From: Treponema sp.
GTDB taxonomy: Bacteria; Spirochaetota; Spirochaetia; Treponematales; Breznakiellaceae
NCBI GenBank assembly: GCA_031267115.1
Contig: JAIRZS010000345.1
Location: forward strand, 1-35,922
Length of the DNA: 35,922 bases
Direction: 5' to 3'
Shown: positions 17,444-25,150 of the stretch, piece by piece
Layout of the letters: each line of letters opens with the position of its first letter
Position numbering within the stretch: the first letter of the stretch is position 1
Notes under the pieces: model-generated
What the model saw: the letters and a program-made list of their open reading frames with translations, nothing else
Database searches by the model: none
Told to the model about the DNA's origin: nothing
Position numbers and translations under genes: made by a program

Positions 17444-19870
17444 ATGAAAAAAATAGCGAACTTTATCTTGCTTTCGCTGCTGGCTTTGCTGTTTTCCTAC
17501 GGCCAACAGCAAAGCGGCGGCGACCCAAGTCCTGATACTCCTATCGACCTTATTGTCCTTGTTGACACTTCCGCCCGCATGAGCGGCTATTTCCGGGAAT
17601 TTCTCGAATTTGCCCCGGGGCCGTTCCTCCGCGAATTTCTCCGTATCGGAGATACTTTTCATATAATTTCTTTTTCCGATAGTCCGGCCACCGAGCTTGC
17701 CCGAAAAATTGAAGGTGTCGGGGATGTGGAAACCATTATCGGCCGCCTCCATCTTTTGTACCCTCTGGGAAACGGGCCGGATTTGAACAAGGCGCTGGAT
17801 TACGCGGGAAGTTACATTGCCGATCTTCCCAATCGTCCCAGGAAGCTGGTGCTTTTTACCGCCTGGCCGGAAACGGTTCAGTTTGCCTTGCCGGGTACGG
17901 ATTTTTACCTGATACGATTCCCGTTAAACGGCCCCCTGCCATTCTCAAACCGCCCGCCTAGGCCGTCGCCCCCGCCGGTACCGGCGCAGCCCCCGGCCCA
18001 AACAGCGCCGGCCCAGCCGGCGCGGCCCCCTGCGCAGCAGCCGCCTGCGGGTCAGGCGGCACGTCCGCCCGCCGAACCGGTACGGCCTCCCGCGCAGACG
18101 CAACCGGCCCAGGCAGCGCCCGCACAGCCTGTGCAAACTCCTGCGCGGCAACAACCTCCAGCCCAACCGGCACGGCCCCCCGCGCAGGCACAGCCGCCTA
18201 CGGTTCAGGCAGTACCGCCCGGGCCGCAACAGTCGGCGCCGGCACAATCCCCGGCCCAAACAGCACCGCCTACACAGCCGATGCGGTCTCCCGCGCAGAC
18301 GCAACCAGCCCAGACGGTACCGGCCAGACCGCAGCAGTCGACGTCGGCACAGACTCCTGCACGGCAACAGCCTCCAGCCCAGCCGGTACGACCCCCCGCG
18401 CAGACGCAGCCGGCCACGGTTCAGGCGGCGCCTATAAAGCCTCCGTCTCAGACAGCGCCTGCTAGACCGCAGCAGTCGGTACCTGCACAGCAGCAGCCTC
18501 CAGCCCAGCCAGTGCGACCTTCTGCACAGGCGCAATCGTCCACAGCCCAGGCAGCGCCCACACGGTCTCCGTCTCAGACAGCGCCCGCCGAACCGGCGCG
18601 GACACAGCCGCCCACAGCCCAGGCAGCGCCGGCCAGGCCGCGGCAGCCTGTTGTACCGCCCGATACCCGCACAGAGAAAGAGCCGAAGAAGGGTATATTA
18701 CAAACGATACTTGCTTTTTTTAAGGGGATAATAAAGCCCGCAGGGCAAGCGGCGGCCGGCGAACCGGGACAAGCGTTATCCCCGGCAGCGCGTCCGCCGG
18801 CGCAAACTCCTGCACAGCGGCAGTCCCCGGTACAGGCAGCGCCCGTGCAGGCGGCAGATCAACCGGCACGGACACCGGCGGCACAGCCAACGCAGACTCC
18901 GGCCCAGTCGGCGCAACCTGTACAAACAGCACCCGCGCAGCTGGCGCAGCCCCCCATGCAGACGCAGCCGCCCGCAACCCAAACAGCGCGTCCGCCGGTG
19001 CAAACTCCTGCACAGCGGCAGCCCCCGGTACAGGCAGCTCCCGCACAGACGCCGCCGCCCGTGGCCCAAACAGCGCGTCCACCGGTACAGGCAGCGCCCG
19101 TGCAGGCGGCAGATCAGCCGGTACGGACCCCCGCGCCGCCATCCCCGGTACAGCCCGCGCAGATGCCGGCGGCACAGCCAACGCAGACTCCGGCCCAGCC
19201 GGCACCGCCTGTACAAACAGCACCCGCGCAGCCCCCCATGCAGACACAGCCGGCGGAGCAAATACAGCCCCCGGCCCAGGCGGCGACTGTACATGCGGAA
19301 AATGACGGAAAAAAATTCCCCTTCTGGATTTTGCTGCTCCCGGTCCTGTTTTTACCTGTAATAGCAGCCGGCCTTTTTTTGCTTTTTCTAATCAGGCGGA
19401 AATTCCGGATCATACCGGTAAGGTCCGTTTCCTATTTTTCCGGAAGAACTGTCGCCTCACCTCTGCGCCGTGATATAACGGTAAAGCTTAACCCAAATCC
19501 CATGGTATACCTTGAAGTGGACGATCAGAACCGTAATATCGGACGGAGAAATACCCACTCCCTGAAGGGAGGGGCCGCTTATACGGTGGGCGGAAGAAAT
19601 TCCGATTTCCTTATATTTCTGGTTCCCCTTCCCGCTTCTATCGGGATACTTGAATTTGACGGAAAGGAATGTACTTTTGTTCCCAAAAAGCCCCGCTATT
19701 TCCCCGAAATTTCCGGCGCGGTACCGGACTGTATTGAAAAAACCATAAAGGTAATTTCCGATTCCGGGTATAAGCTTTCCTTCAGGTTCAGGCAGTACGA
19801 AGATCCCCTGATCGGTTTGAACCGGGTAATGAATTCCACCGGCTCCTCTCCTTTGGCAAAATTAAAATGA
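17444..19870 (+). CDS. Signal peptide + degenerate VWA domain + ~450-aa Pro/Ala/Gln-rich repeat region + TM helix + C-terminal ~190-aa domain (possibly FHA-like)
   Basis: SD AAGGAGGA upstream. MKKIANFILLSLLALLFSYG signal. MIDAS-like DLIVLVDTSARMSG, and later LVLFT. Hydrophobic FPFWILLLPVLFLPVIAAGLFLLFLI followed by RRKFR (positive-inside). The C-terminal YTVGGRNSDFLIFLVPLPASIGILEFDGKECTFV resembles an FHA core but lacks the canonical S-x-x-H / NGT residues. Confidence 0.8.
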   Translation: MKKIANFILLSLLALLFSYGQQQSGGDPSPDTPIDLIVLVDTSARMSGYFREFLEFAPGPFLREFLRIGDTFHIISFSDSPATELARKIEGVGDVETIIGRLHLLYPLGNGPDLNKALDYAGSYIADLPNRPRKLVLFTAWPETVQFALPGTDFYLIRFPLNGPLPFSNRPPRPSPPPVPAQPPAQTAPAQPARPPAQQPPAGQAARPPAEPVRPPAQTQPAQAAPAQPVQTPARQQPPAQPARPPAQAQPPTVQAVPPGPQQSAPAQSPAQTAPPTQPMRSPAQTQPAQTVPARPQQSTSAQTPARQQPPAQPVRPPAQTQPATVQAAPIKPPSQTAPARPQQSVPAQQQPPAQPVRPSAQAQSSTAQAAPTRSPSQTAPAEPARTQPPTAQAAPARPRQPVVPPDTRTEKEPKKGILQTILAFFKGIIKPAGQAAAGEPGQALSPAARPPAQTPAQRQSPVQAAPVQAADQPARTPAAQPTQTPAQSAQPVQTAPAQLAQPPMQTQPPATQTARPPVQTPAQRQPPVQAAPAQTPPPVAQTARPPVQAAPVQAADQPVRTPAPPSPVQPAQMPAAQPTQTPAQPAPPVQTAPAQPPMQTQPAEQIQPPAQAATVHAENDGKKFPFWILLLPVLFLPVIAAGLFLLFLIRRKFRIIPVRSVSYFSGRTVASPLRRDITVKLNPNPMVYLEVDDQNRNIGRRNTHSLKGGAAYTVGGRNSDFLIFLVPLPASIGILEFDGKECTFVPKKPRYFPEISGAVPDCIEKTIKVISDSGYKLSFRFRQYEDPLIGLNRVMNSTGSSPLAKLK
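17945..19290 (+). repeat. Intragenic imperfect tandem repeats encoding the PAQ-rich region
   Basis: Recurrent units such as CAACAxCCTCCAGCCCAxCCGGxACGxCCCCCCGCGCAG (near 18150 and 18365). Long near-identical segments occur at 18828-18861 vs 19082-19115 and at 18875-18907 vs 19166-19198. The AGCGCGTCC(G/A)CCGG unit starts recur at 18787, 18985 and 19072. Confidence 0.85.
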
Positions 19871-19898
19871 CCGAGGCTGTTTTAGGGAGGATTGTTTT

Positions 19899-20002
19899 AT
19901 CACGGAACGCGCAAGGGATAGAAGCGGAACAAAAACGCGTATGCGTTTTTGTTGGAGCGGATAGCCCGGTCCGCGCGCCAGAGGCGCGCGGATGCGCCCA
20001 AA
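19899..20002 (+). repeat. Structured intergenic repeat, copy C, between convergent VWA/PAQ gene and HEAT-repeat gene
   Basis: ATCACGGAACGCGCAAGGGATAGAAGCGG, hairpin AACAAAAACGC-GTAT-GCGTTTTTGTT (19928-19953), GGAGCGGATAGCCCGG, hairpin TCCGCGCGCC-AGA-GGCGCGCGGA (19970-19992), TGCGCCCAAA. Confidence 0.85.
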
Positions 20003-20048
20003 TACAAAATATAAATTATACGGATTTATCCTGCGCGGTCCGGAAGTA

Positions 20049-21521
20049 CTAATCGCTTCCGCGGAGGGCGGCGAGGGAGGCCTGGGCTTTGCGGGAAAGG
20101 CTTTGGTTTTGGTTTTTCTGATCCAGCAAGGCTTCTATGTCCCGGGAAAGGGAAACGAACTTGTTATTGACAATCATGTCCAGGGCGTAAGATTTTTCCG
20201 TTATCCCGCCCGAAACAAGGAGGCGTCTCGCAAGGCTTTCTATCGCGGGGGTTTTCGCGGTACTGGCCGCCTTGAGCAGGCCGTTATAAAGGGCGGTCTG
20301 GTTCCGTCTTTTTGCCTCGTCTATTCCGGCGCTTATTTTCCCGGCAAAAGCGCCGGGCTTTTCCCTGATAAGCATTTCCGCGCAGAGCGTTCTTGCCCTG
20401 TCCGGGGTTTTCTGGTTGGAAAAAAGCGAATCCAGGACGGCAATGGCCTCCTCGGTGCCGATTTCTCCCAGGGCGCGGATAGAGTCGTCCTTGACCGCGG
20501 GAGTATCGTCATGCTCGGCCCGGTAGGCAAGGTAGGGAATAGCTGTAATCAGTTTCCGTTTTCCCGCAGCCTGGGCGGCCCCGATGCGGGTACGGTAATA
20601 GGTATCCCGGAACGCTTCCATAATAGCGTGATCCACTTCCGGGCCGCTGAAAGGGCCGAGAGCGGCGACCGATGTGGAACGCAGATTTGGGTCCTGGGAA
20701 GAAACCCCTTCCAGTATTGCCGGGAGTCCTTGCGGATCGCCGATTTTTGACAGGGCGTTTATGGCAGCCATACGGATAGCGGCCCGCTCGTCGTTGTTCC
20801 CGGCGATATCAACTAAAAAAGTGATAATTTCCGGGGAGCCGGTGTCTCCCAGGGCGGTGATTATTTCCCTGCGGGCCTCGTCTGCCGGTATCCGGTCTGT
20901 GTAGTAATCTTTTAGATACGCAGCTATTTCGCCGCGCAGATCCTCGTGGGCCCCGGCTATTCTCCCCAGGGCGCGGAATATGCTGCTGTTAAAACGCCGC
21001 TCCTCGGTGCTGAGCAGCGCCTTCAGGGGTTTAACGGCATCGGTGTTATTTACCCTGCCCAGGTAGTCAATGGCGGCAATAATGGTTTCATTTGCCTCGC
21101 CGTCCCATTCGGTAACTGCCTTAAGCGCCCGTTCCTCAAGGCCGCTTTTGCCCCGATCCCCGAAAAAGGTAAAAACCCCGGTGAGGATATTCCGGTTCAG
21201 GGTCCCCTGTACCAGGGCGGCAAGCTCGTCATCAAGATAAGCCGCGTTCTCTGTTTTTAAGGTTTGGATAAGCGAGGCGATCTCGTTCTCGGTGCCGTAA
21301 CGTATGGTTTCAAGCCGCTGTTCTTCTACGGATTTCTGTGCCGGGGCGGTAGCCGAATCGCCGCCCGGTGTACCGTCGGAAACAGAGCCGCTGTTCTCCC
21401 CGGCCCCGGTATTTCCAACCGCGCCGTTACCGGTCCCCGCAGCCTGTACGCCTTCTGTTTCTTCGGGAAAAAGCGGCAGCAAGAGCAGGACAGACAGCGC
21501 TATTACCGCGAAGGGTTTCAT
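20049..21521 (-). CDS. Exported HEAT-repeat protein
   Basis: Signal peptide MKPFAVIALSVLLLLPLFP. Repeated HEAT/PBS-lyase-like units: AAIRMAAINALSKIGDPQGLPAIL, RSTSVAALGPFSGPEV, RIGAAQAAGKRKLITAIPYL, VKDDSIRALGEIGTEEAIAVL. The ATG directly abuts the tgt stop. Confidence 0.8.
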   Translation of the reverse strand: MKPFAVIALSVLLLLPLFPEETEGVQAAGTGNGAVGNTGAGENSGSVSDGTPGGDSATAPAQKSVEEQRLETIRYGTENEIASLIQTLKTENAAYLDDELAALVQGTLNRNILTGVFTFFGDRGKSGLEERALKAVTEWDGEANETIIAAIDYLGRVNNTDAVKPLKALLSTEERRFNSSIFRALGRIAGAHEDLRGEIAAYLKDYYTDRIPADEARREIITALGDTGSPEIITFLVDIAGNNDERAAIRMAAINALSKIGDPQGLPAILEGVSSQDPNLRSTSVAALGPFSGPEVDHAIMEAFRDTYYRTRIGAAQAAGKRKLITAIPYLAYRAEHDDTPAVKDDSIRALGEIGTEEAIAVLDSLFSNQKTPDRARTLCAEMLIREKPGAFAGKISAGIDEAKRRNQTALYNGLLKAASTAKTPAIESLARRLLVSGGITEKSYALDMIVNNKFVSLSRDIEALLDQKNQNQSLSRKAQASLAALRGSD

Positions 21522-22682
21522 TTACCGGCTCCCTTCTGAATACCTTTCAAGAAAGGACTTTTTGAAGGGTAAAAAACGATCTTCCAGGATTGCCCGCCGG
21601 GCTTCTTCGACAAGATCGCGGAGAAAGTAAAGATTATGGTACGTCGCAAGCATGGAACAGAGTATCTCCTGTGTCTTAAAAAGATGCCGCAGATAGGCCA
21701 GGCTGTATTTCCTGCAAACCCCGCATCCGCACTCTTTATCTATCGGCTCAAATTTGAGGCGGTTTTCGGCTTTCTTTAAATTATAAGGCCCGCGGCGGGA
21801 AAAAACATGCCCGTTCCGGGCGGTTCTTGTAGGAAATACACAGTCAAACATGTCGATGCCCTGCTCAATCGCGCCAAGGATGTACTGGGGGGTACCGATG
21901 CCCATTACATAGCGGGGTTTTTCCGGAGGCAGGAGGGACGCCGTATAGGAAAGATAGTCAAGGAAAACCGGCTCTTCCTCCCCCACGGAGAGTCCCCCGA
22001 TGGCGATTCCGGGGGTATCTTCGCCGATTGCCGATTCCGCGCTTCTCGCCCTCAGATCCCTGAAAAAATTGCCCTGGACAATCGCGAAGAGCTTTCCCCG
22101 GTAGGCGCCCGTACCGCCGTTACCGTGCGCGGAATCGCGGGTTTTCTCCCAGGCGCTTTTTGCCCGCTTGAGCCAGAGGGTTGTAACCCGCAGCGCCTCT
22201 TCCGCTTCTTTATAGGGGATACCCCAGGGGGTACAAACATCAAGCTGCATCTGTATATCGCTGTTCAGTATCCTCTGTATCTCTACAACATTTTCCGGAG
22301 TCAGGCTGTGATAGGAACCGTCGATATGGGAACGAAAGCGCACACCCTCGTCCTGGATTTTCCGCATGGGCGCCAGGGAAAAAACCTGAAACCCGCCGGA
22401 ATCGGTAAGGATGTTCCGGTCCCAGCGCATAAAATTGTGCAGCCCGCCCGCCGCGCCGATCACTTCGGTTCCCGGCCTGAGGTAAAGATGATAGGTATTC
22501 GAAAGGATAATCCGGAAGCCTATTTCTTCGAGATCGTCTACGGTTTGCGCCTTAACCGTAGCATTGGTGCCTACCGGCATAAATACCGGCGTAGTTACCT
22601 TTCCATGCGGCAGATCCATAAGCCCCGCACGCGCCGGGCAGGCAGAATCGGCATGGGTAACGGCAAAAAACGCATCGGTCAA
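21522..22682 (-). CDS. tgt: Queuine tRNA-ribosyltransferase (tRNA-guanine transglycosylase)
   Basis: TPVFMPVGTNATVK, ILSNTYHLYLRPG, LTDSGGFQVFSL, and the zinc site CxCxxC (CGCGVCRKYS...YLRHL). The tracked start at 22742 overlaps the upstream permease by 64 nt. TTG 22682 overlaps that gene's stop (TTGA) and gives a normal-length protein of about 386 aa, so the start is an inference. Confidence 0.92.
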   Translation of the reverse strand: MTDAFFAVTHADSACPARAGLMDLPHGKVTTPVFMPVGTNATVKAQTVDDLEEIGFRIILSNTYHLYLRPGTEVIGAAGGLHNFMRWDRNILTDSGGFQVFSLAPMRKIQDEGVRFRSHIDGSYHSLTPENVVEIQRILNSDIQMQLDVCTPWGIPYKEAEEALRVTTLWLKRAKSAWEKTRDSAHGNGGTGAYRGKLFAIVQGNFFRDLRARSAESAIGEDTPGIAIGGLSVGEEEPVFLDYLSYTASLLPPEKPRYVMGIGTPQYILGAIEQGIDMFDCVFPTRTARNGHVFSRRGPYNLKKAENRLKFEPIDKECGCGVCRKYSLAYLRHLFKTQEILCSMLATYHNLYFLRDLVEEARRAILEDRFLPFKKSFLERYSEGSR

Positions 22683-23743
22683 GTTTTCGCGCTCCGCAGT
22701 AAAAGCAATCCTATGGCGCTGAAAACCAGTATGGGGAACCACGCACCGGCCAGGGGCGGGATATACCCAAGCTGCGCCATCATTGTGCAGATCATTTCCA
22801 TAACATAAAAAACAACGGTTGCAATCAGGCTTACGGAAAGCGTCATTAGGAGGATATTCTTTTTAAACCGGCCGCCCATGGAAATTGACAGTACCATTAC
22901 TACAAAAGAAGCGGCGGAAAAGGAAAAACGATGGTAATAGTCGGCCTGGGCCCCGACAAAGGGCAGCCCGGCGTTTTTAAGGTCCTGAATCAGAAACGCC
23001 GCGTCCTTTACGGGAAGATCTTCCACATCTACCGCGTTTCTCCTGAAAGTGTCCGGCTGCTCGCGGTAGGCGCCGGTGGGGGCCAGCGGTTTTACGCGGA
23101 GAAAACCGTTATCCCAGGCATAGATCAGAGCGTTGTTTAGATCCCAGAATTCCCCGTTCCAGACCGCACGGGGGGCCCGGATAAGGGAAACAAATTCGCC
23201 GTTTTCCCCCTGCTCCACAATGCTCACCCCGTTCAGAACCAGCGAGGAAACATCGTAGTAGTCTACCGAATAAATGACCTGGCCGTTCCTGGTTTTAATT
23301 ACAATATCGGAATTGCTTTCGCTCCGCTGCTGGTGAAGCGCGATTCTGCTGAGGGAATTTTTCTGTTTCAGGGTTGGGACTACCACGATATCCTGGAAAA
23401 AGAAAGAAAACACCGAAGCGGCGATTCCAATAAAGATAAGGGGCATTACAAAACGCCAAAAGGGAATGCCGGAAGAAAAAACAGCGGTAAGCTCATTCCG
23501 GGCATAGAGATCCCCCAGTACATAGGCAGCGGCAAAGAGCAGGGAAATAGGCGTGGCATAGGAAATACTCTTGGGTACATAGTAGCCGGAAATAAGCAGT
23601 ATCTGCCTCATGGGTACTTCGTAATTAAGGTAGCGGGTAAGATTGGTAAAAAGATCGATGAGGCACAGGAGCAGGACGAACATCGAAATGGAAACAAAAA
23701 AAACAGGCCAGAACTGCCTAACCAGATAACGATCGAGGATCAT
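22679..23743 (-). CDS. LptF/LptG-family (YjgP/YjgQ) permease
   Basis: MILDRYLVRQFWPVFFVSISMFVLLLCLIDLF is the family's characteristic N-terminus. Multi-TM ends with a central periplasmic beta-jellyroll-like segment. SD AGGAGG lies 10 nt upstream. Confidence 0.85.
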   Translation of the reverse strand: MILDRYLVRQFWPVFFVSISMFVLLLCLIDLFTNLTRYLNYEVPMRQILLISGYYVPKSISYATPISLLFAAAYVLGDLYARNELTAVFSSGIPFWRFVMPLIFIGIAASVFSFFFQDIVVVPTLKQKNSLSRIALHQQRSESNSDIVIKTRNGQVIYSVDYYDVSSLVLNGVSIVEQGENGEFVSLIRAPRAVWNGEFWDLNNALIYAWDNGFLRVKPLAPTGAYREQPDTFRRNAVDVEDLPVKDAAFLIQDLKNAGLPFVGAQADYYHRFSFSAASFVVMVLSISMGGRFKKNILLMTLSVSLIATVVFYVMEMICTMMAQLGYIPPLAGAWFPILVFSAIGLLLLRSAKT

Positions 23744-23757
23744 TAACCGCTATCCTC

Positions 23758-25044
23758 CTACCGCCTCATCCGCAGTACGCACAGGACAAGGCCGATAGAA
23801 ACCGCCAGTATATTGGGAAGCCACATGGAAAGAAACGGCGAGTATCCCCGGTTTATGCCCAGAGTCTGCCCCCCCAGAAGCAATGCCCAATAAATGACCG
23901 AAATAAAAGAACCGAACATAAAGCCGACGGTCTGCCCGCTTTTTTTTGCCATCAGCCCCAGGGGTACCGCGAGAAAAATAAAGGAAAAGGCCCCAAAAGG
24001 AATAGAAAATTTTTTATAGAATTCAAGCCGGTAATTTGAAAGGCTCCGGTCGTTGCGGTAAACCCCGGCAATTTCCAGTTCCCGGGCATAATCCATTACC
24101 AGATTGGCGCGCCGGTTCCATCCGGGCTGGCTGGGCCCCCGGCGCAGGGCCGTTTCAAGGGGCAGGGCGTTAAGCACCAGTTTGGCGTACTGCTCGTCCA
24201 TGCGTGACGCGAGATTCAGTTCCTTGACGCGTATTTCCTTCAGCACGTCACGGGAAGTCATTTCCCGCGGCCCTACCGAAGAAATAGCCTGGATCATATC
24301 TTCCTGCGGCACCCAATAGCGGAGAAAAGACGTGGAAGCGTAATCATAATCGCGCCGGGCCACTTCTTTCGAGGACTGTACGAAAGCGTCGCCAAGATCC
24401 AGGCTGAGACCCCGCCTGCCCCCGTCCTTCAGTTCCGCCCCGTGGGCCAGAATGATACGGCGTTCCCCGTTGCTGGTTCTGTCCAGAATCAGAATATCGT
24501 CAATGGCGTTGCCTTCAACATTGCCGGTAACCATTACCGTATCCTTGAATTTCTTGACCGAGTTGGATTCCAGTTCCAGCGCGGGAGTAGAAACCAGAAT
24601 ACGCCGGTAAAGACGGGTATAGCGCAAAGTTCCCAGGGGGAGCAGCACATCGTTGGTAAAAAACGAAATAAGGGAAATAAAAATACCAACGGCAATGGCC
24701 GGTAAAAAAATATTGCGGTAAGAAAGGCCCGACGAAAGCATTACCAGTATCTCGTTGTCCGACGACAGCCTGCCTATGGCCATGAGGGTCCCGACCAGCG
24801 CGGCAAAAGGGGCGGCCATAGCGATAATTGACGGGAGCGCGTAGATAACGAGAAGCACTACCTGAAAGACCGGGACTTTTTTGGACAGGATTTCCCTTGC
24901 GATAAGAAGAAGCTGGTTCACAAAAAAAGTGAAAAAGAAAAAAAGGAAGGCCACGAAAAACGCGAACAATGTTTCTATTACAATGTACCTGAACAGTGTT
25001 GCGGAAAGGGAACGATTATGGCCCGGAATAGTTATGGTCTTCAT
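23758..25044 (-). CDS. LptF/LptG-family (YjgP/YjgQ) permease
   Basis: LFRYIVIETLFAFFVAFLFFFF..., AMAAPFAALVGTLMAIGRLSSDNEILVMLSSGLSY. The tracked start at 25107 is TTG; ATGs at 25074 and 25044 are alternatives. I chose 25044, the start nearest the conserved motif, but it is uncertain. Confidence 0.82.
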   Translation of the reverse strand: MKTITIPGHNRSLSATLFRYIVIETLFAFFVAFLFFFFTFFVNQLLLIAREILSKKVPVFQVVLLVIYALPSIIAMAAPFAALVGTLMAIGRLSSDNEILVMLSSGLSYRNIFLPAIAVGIFISLISFFTNDVLLPLGTLRYTRLYRRILVSTPALELESNSVKKFKDTVMVTGNVEGNAIDDILILDRTSNGERRIILAHGAELKDGGRRGLSLDLGDAFVQSSKEVARRDYDYASTSFLRYWVPQEDMIQAISSVGPREMTSRDVLKEIRVKELNLASRMDEQYAKLVLNALPLETALRRGPSQPGWNRRANLVMDYARELEIAGVYRNDRSLSNYRLEFYKKFSIPFGAFSFIFLAVPLGLMAKKSGQTVGFMFGSFISVIYWALLLGGQTLGINRGYSPFLSMWLPNILAVSIGLVLCVLRMRR

Positions 25045-25150
25045 TTTTTCTGTAAAACCAAAGCCTCCAATCATGCCCGGTTTCCGAAAACGCTTCCGCT
25101 TTCGCAAAACAGCGCCGGCCCATGCCCGGCTGCGCGGACCGGCGTTTTCA

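Noticed and set aside
17945-19290. Repetitive DNA considered as a possible CRISPR array or satellite
   Set aside because: The repeats are imperfect and contiguous with no unique spacers. They lie in frame inside one long ORF flanked by a signal peptide/VWA domain and a TM/C-terminal domain, so this is a coding low-complexity repeat.
17945-19294. Arg/Cys/Leu-rich minus-strand ORFs (17945-18535, 18720-19247, 18776-19294) opposite the PAQ repeat
   Set aside because: These are mirror images of a CCN/GCN/CAG-rich coding repeat. The reverse frames stay open automatically and give RRL/CR-type nonsense composition.
21807-22808. 333-aa plus-strand ORF
   Set aside because: Antisense to tgt and to the end of the permease gene. 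No motifs, Arg/Gly/Pro-rich.
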